DNA from: the human T2T-CHM13v2.0 reference genome, Homo sapiens
NCBI RefSeq assembly: GCF_009914755.1
Contig: NC_060944.1
DNA: 64,000 nt
Strand: one strand, 5' to 3'
Below the pieces are notes generated by a model. That model was not told the DNA's origin and searched no databases. It saw only the letters and a list, made by a program, of their open reading frames with translations. Both the position numbers and the translations under genes were made by a program. Each line of letters begins with the position of its first letter. Position 1 is the first letter of the stretch. Shown here piece by piece: positions 54,831 through 64,000 of the stretch.

Positions 54831-55677
54831 ATTAAAATTTCAGCTAAAGACGATTAGAAAGAAATAAAACTAATGACAATTTAGATGACTGAGTTATAGC
54901 TGCAATTGTTTTCAGTAAAAGAAATAATGCTTTATTCAGAATCATTATGAACAGTGTTATGATTAGCAAGTCTTTCCTATAAATGTAAGTTAATAATTTT
55001 AAATTAGTTTTATTTTGTATGTTCTATGCCACGTTCACCAAGTACACTTAATATTAAATAAAATCATTTAAATATAATATCTCATTAATGTTTTGCAAAT
55101 GAAGAAGAAATTTCTGGCAGACAAGTTCCTCAAAATTTTCACCCTCTGTCCAAGTAGGGAAATGATACTACAACATTACTTATAATATTGTCAACTGAAA
55201 AAGAAATTAATTTGAGCAGATGCCAGTATTTTTTCTCAATGGGATTTCAAAGAATAAGAAAGCTAAACACAGTATCATCGAGAATTAAATGTGAGCATTC
55301 TGCCTACTTTCTGCAAGTGGCCTACATTCAACCTTTGGAGGTATGCTTATATGTTTAATGACTAAAGTAACATAACATGATACTTAACGATGCCACTAGG
55401 GGGTTTTAGCTGTGAAAAAGCAGTGGATCCTAAGAACAGTGGGCACTGAAGTTGCCTGTCTCTATGTCAGGTGACAGCTCCAGCTGTGTATATGCTGCAG
55501 ACACACAAGCTGAATTTAAGAGAATCCACTCTAAAACATTACTTGCTATTTAGACATATGCTTAAAGTTATTTCCTTTTAAACCTTAGGCAGATGGTGAA
55601 ATGTTCCCGCTGGGTTGTCTCACAATGCATAACAAAGCTTTTCACATATTTTCACATAGATGAGAATGTTTCCATAT

Positions 55678-55948
55678 GTCTGGCATGCTTGTAATCCAGC
55701 ACTTTGAGAGGTGGAAGCAGGAGAATCACTTAAGCCCAGGAATTCAAAATCAGCCTAGGCAACAAAAGGAGACCCCCATCTCTACAAAAAAATTAAGAAA
55801 TTAGCTGGGTATGGTGGTACAAGGCTGTGGTCCCAGCTACTCGGGAGTCCAAGGTGAGAGGACTGCTTGAGCCTACGAGGTCGAGGGTGCACTGAGCCAT
55901 GATCATGTCACTGCACTCCAGCCTGAGCAACAAAGCAACAGCCTGTCT

Positions 55949-55980
<32 letters not shown>
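55678..55980 (+). mobile_element. Alu with a long pure A tail
   Basis: Alu dimer; A run at 55950-55980. Confidence 0.92.
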
Positions 55981-55982
<2 letters not shown>

Positions 55983-57249
55983 GGCCCGATGCACCAGTGT
56001 CATGGCTGATAAGGTACTATCAGGGCACCCTCATTCTAGCATCAAGCCTGTGTGACAGCTCACCTCACATTCTGACTAACCCAGTTCTTCTGTGCTAAGG
56101 ACCCCCTTAAATCTCTGCCTTCATTATGTGCTTGGCACAAAGGAATGATATATCTTAGATTTGGAAATGGAATTTTCTTTCCCAATCTTACTGTAGTCTA
56201 AGTACCTTTCACAGAACTTCTATTAACCCATAGCTGACTTAGCTTTAGTTCCTGGGTAAATCAAATCTGTGTTTTGCAAACTACGATGTTGTAAGTTCAA
56301 TTGCTTCTGAATCTAGCAGAGCTCAGTGAAAATCCTTGCTTACAGACATGCTCATTTTTATTAATGTCACACATGGTACTCTCCATGTGAAAGTCAGAAT
56401 TTCTTTCATCCTATTTACCAATCCCTTCAGATCCTTGTGAGGAACCAACAGAACAGCTTTAAAAAATTAAAAGGTTTTTTTCTTTCCCTTCACAAATAGG
56501 CACATGCTTACTTATACGGCAAGTTGAGAAAATCCACAATGCAAAAGAAGGTGGAAGGACAAAGAGAAAAAGACGCAGAAGGACTTACTCTTCCAGCCAA
56601 GATGGACTTGCCCTCCCACGATGACCAACGAGAAAACTGAAACTAGATAGAATATTTGAGAAAACTCTTTTCGGGGATTGGAACACAGGCAGAACAGGAC
56701 TGTGATATTTGAGAACAAGAAAACACAGGAGGCAAATCTCACACACAATTCTGTTTTCTGCCCAATGGCAGTTTCTTGACCATGCAGAGAGGTAGAGACC
56801 TCCAGAAATGAGGTAATGTCACTTTCACTAAGCTGAGAGTCTTGCAGTGCTAACATGTTTGGAGTTTATAGAATAAGGTACTGGAGAAGAGGGAACTACA
56901 TACAGGTGAGGTCTCAAAAGAGTATGCAAAAGTTCTCGGCAGGTCTGGGGCCAAGGGCTGGGGGGGAATGCATAGAGCAGGCAGGCTCCACAAGGCCTCG
57001 GCAGAGTGGCTGGCACTTCTGAGGGCTGATTGGAGATGCCAGAGATCACACAAATTTGGGACATAGCAGAGTGGAGAGAACTCACAAAGTATACCTAGAA
57101 CATGTGGCTGAGACCCATGAGGATGAATCTTTCCTAGAGTAAGTGTCACTGTCTAAGTCTGCAGGCAAAAACCTAATAAATAAGCACAAACTAACAAAGG
57201 CCCAGGCTTGTCAGGAGCAAAAGGGTGGTCAAATAATTTAACTAGGCAT

Positions 57250-60780
<3,531 letters not shown>

Positions 60781-61451
60781 TTGATTTGCCATTTCAAAAG
60801 TAATGATTCTTCCAGAATATTAGCTTTATACCATTCCATATTTTATATATTTTTTAAGCTACCATAAATTATGAAGATTCAAAATGCAATTTGCCAAGTT
60901 TTAAAAGAGAAAAACAAGTACGGAAACAACTAAGTGGAAAACAGGCTGGTTAAGTGTGTTTGGGTCAGTTTATTTCTAGTATCATTTACAGGCTACCCTG
61001 ATATTGTATTTAAAATTTTCATTCATTTCAGAGTTCACAAAATGATGATTTTTCCTGTGAAGATACTTCGTTTAAGAGACAACTGACTTCTACAACTAAA
61101 ATGTATACATGTTCAAAGAAAATAACTTGTAAAATATATTTGGTTGAATAACATTTACATTAAGCCTTTAAAATTATGTATCAGAATCTCTGGCTATTAA
61201 GCAGTCTAATGGTGCCTACTAAGTCAGAGAGTTGTAATTCTTCTCTCCTGTGCTCTGTTCTGATAATGAAGTAAAGGGATCAGTAGCATCTACTGTGCTA
61301 AAGAATAAATGGAATTTACAACTGTAGGTAATATTTAAGCACTTTAAGACAAATATGAATACATCATAAATTTCTAACTAGGAAAATATTTTCAATGAGA
61401 TCTCAAGAAATGTTAACTTTTTTCAGAATAAAGCACTGAAAACTGACTCAC

Positions 61452-61513
61452 CAACATATCACACTGGGTTTCTTCATCTTCTTCTCTTCTTATCTTTCCT
61501 CTTTTTCTTCTTA
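61452..61513 (-). pseudogene. FRG1: FRG1-like exon 2
   Basis: Lys-rich NLS exon, 62 nt here; deletions shift the frame to KKKKRKDKERRR*. Confidence 0.92.
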
Positions 61514-61889
61514 CTACAGGACATTATTTATACAGATGAGTTTAGGTATATTGATTTGTGTGATAAATAAATATCGTAAGATTGAAACTTGGAAGTCTTT
61601 TAAGCTGTTTCACTTATAAATTATTGATTTAGGAAGACTTACATTGCTATGCCCTCTTAAATACAGTACTGAGAAGTTGCTTCAGGCTTTGTACATATTA
61701 TGCTAAAGTTCAAAGCAGATTGTAGAGCCGCACTGCCAGATTTTAAATCCTGATTCTGTCACTTCTTAGCTCTGTGATTTTTGTAAAAAGTACTGAATCT
61801 CTCTGGGAGTCAGTTTCCCCACTTAAAAAATTAGGATAATAACTTAACTCTTAAGGCTATTGTGAGGATTAAGAGGTAATATGTATCTT

Positions 61890-62505
61890 CACGCATTGCT
61901 GGTGGAAATGTAAAGTGGTGCAGCATCTACAGGAAACAGTTTGGGGTTCCTCAAAAAGTTAAAGAGTTACCATATGACCCAGCAATTTTACTCCTAAGTA
62001 TGTATACCCAAGGGAAATGAAAACATACACCCACAAAAATACTTACATAAGAATATTCACACTAGCATTAGTCACAATAGTCAAAAAGGGGAAACAACCT
62101 AAATGTTCATCAACTGATGAATGGATGAACAAAATGTTACATCCATACAATGGAATACTACACAGCCATAAAAAGGAACAAGCGCTACAACAATGATGGA
62201 CCTCAAGAATGTTATAAGTGAAAGAAGCCAGATACAAAAGGTCACATGTTGCATGATTTCTTAGGAAATATTCAGAATAGGCAATTTCACATAGATAGGA
62301 GACTAGTGGTTGCCAAGGACTAGGAGAGAAGGAGGATGGGTTGTGATTGCTTTAATGGGTAGGAAGAGATTTCCTTCTGAGATGATGAAAATGCTGAGCA
62401 ACTAGACAGTGGTGAACCTCTTGAATATGTACTAAAAACCACTGACTGTACAAAAGGGTGAATTTTATAATTATGAATTACATCGCTATAAAAAAATAAA
62501 AACCC
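61890..62505 (+). mobile_element. L1MB-like 3' end in intron 1
   Basis: cattgctggtggaaatgtaaagtggtgcagc...ttaccatatgacccagcaatt. Confidence 0.75.
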
Positions 62506-63359
62506 AAGAGCGATTTGAAAAAAGTTAATGTGCAAAGTGCCTACAACAATTTCCTGGCGCATTGAAAGTGCTATATAAGCATTAATTATGATTATTACGA
62601 TAATCTTAAGACACTCTTGTCTCCATTTTCATCATAAAGTTTTCAGAAGATAACTCACCACTCCTCACAGGAAATTCACAGAGTAAAAATCTCACATTCA
62701 TTCAGGATATACCTGCCATTTATTCTGGCATCTTCATGAGGCCAGACTCCTCGAGAGGGTTCTCAAGGGCAGTGGCTTCAGCTCACTCCTTGACACTTTC
62801 TTTCCATCTCGCCTAACAATATCAAAACCTCTGTTTATCACGGAGACCAGAAGGAAATGCTCAATATTTGTATGTACAGTCAACCTCAGGCAAATCTGCC
62901 AGTTAAAAAAGAAGCGGGGATATGAATGCACAGGTATTTTTCTCCTAAAGAGCTAATAAATTACCACTACGACCTCCTCCTCACATTTGGCTCAATTTAT
63001 TTACTGCATATACGTTCTCTAATTTAATCCTCACAGTCTTCTAAAGGTATAAAAAATGGTCTGAAAGTATAAATGTGTAAACGGAGGTTTAAAGATACTT
63101 GATCTCTTAATGAGTAAATGGAAGTTCAGACATATTAACCAATTTGCCACAAATTACAAAATTAGTAAATGACGGAGTGCAGGTTCCAGCCCATATCCCT
63201 ATCAAAGCCTATATACACCTCAACCACTGTGTGATTCATCCTGGTTTCACTCTACATACTAGCTTAGAAAAAAATAATCAATAATTTTTCCAGGAAGAGA
63301 CAATGGAGAAAAGAATAATCCCTAGTAAAGGAAGTTATTATCATGAACTACAAGATCAG

Positions 63360-64000
63360 ACAAACGCAGACCCACCAGGCAGAGGCCGGGAGAGATGCCT
63401 CAGCGGACCCAAACTCATGGGTACGGGGCTACGGGTCACCCGCCCATCTATCCTGTTTCCAGTGTCGTCCGCGCGGGAGGCTGCCCCTCTCTGCACAGGC
63501 GCCACGAACCGCGGCCCGGCCTCTGTCCAGCCCAGACAGGGTCAGGGCGAAACCTGGGAGGCCACGAAGCCGGCTCTCCGCACCACGGCTTCCACCGGAT
63601 TCGCGGGCGTGGAGTGAATCCGAAAAGAACTGAGGAGGCTCCCGCTGGAGCTGCAGGACCCAGCTCTTCGCCTTGGTTCCCTTGAGCACAAGCTTGGTAG
63701 ACTTCACAAAAGAGTACTCGGCCATGGCTCCGGGAGACTTCTACGTGGAGAGGCTGAAGCCAGCTCAGGACGAGTATGTGACCTGGAGCGGCACCAGGGC
63801 GGGGAGGAAAAGAAGTGGAGGCGAAGTAAACACTCCCTGACAGCGTCCGTCTATCCAAAACCCGCCTTCGTCTTCACCCAAAGGCTGAATGGCTGAGATT
63901 TCCACTTCCGGGTTTCTGCCAAGGAGCTACAGCGGCCGCAGAGGACCGAAAGGTGTCCGCACGCATCTGCTCCCTGGCTCCCTCTCAAGGAGCCCCTGAG
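63360..64000. promoter_or_regulatory. CpG island / FRG1-type promoter
   Basis: GC- and CpG-rich; NotI site gcggccgc; ETS motif cacttccgg at ~63903-63911. Confidence 0.8.
63664..63725 (-). pseudogene. FRG1: FRG1-like exon 1, coding part
   Basis: MAEYSFVKSTKLVLKGTKAKS with Kozak-like gccATGg; donor reads CTGGGT instead of GTGGGT. Confidence 0.95.

Overview
Primate (human or great-ape type) segmental-duplication mosaic of the FRG1/DUX4-like paralog family. It is not the canonical 4q35 arrangement. From left to right: old L1 fragments; a decayed two-unit 5S rDNA array, where unit 1 has a full-length 5S gene, an intact upstream D-box and an LTR2 solo LTR, and unit 2 is internally deleted; a 2.2-kb minus-strand D4Z4 remnant spanning a KpnI unit junction and carrying a homeobox-less DUX4-like C-terminus; a Tigger1 containing the MIR4477 hairpin; a CA-rich satellite split by an HERV-K LTR5 solo LTR; an old ~335-bp inverted repeat whose right arm seeds a 10 x 75-bp array; ERVL, L1 and MaLR remnants; an unprocessed MLLT10 exon fragment; and a complete nine-exon FRG1 pseudogene on the minus strand with its CpG-island promoter, two premature stops and four destroyed splice sites. 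No intact protein-coding gene is supported. I found no convincing new biological system. The best leads are the template-switch origin of the MIR4477 hairpin, the 5S rDNA/D4Z4 fusion with an NRF1+ETS motif pair, the activation-domain-only DUX4-like frame, and a high density of 49-112-bp local duplications and templated insertions. Repeat family names and reference comparisons come from recalled consensus sequences, not from a database search.
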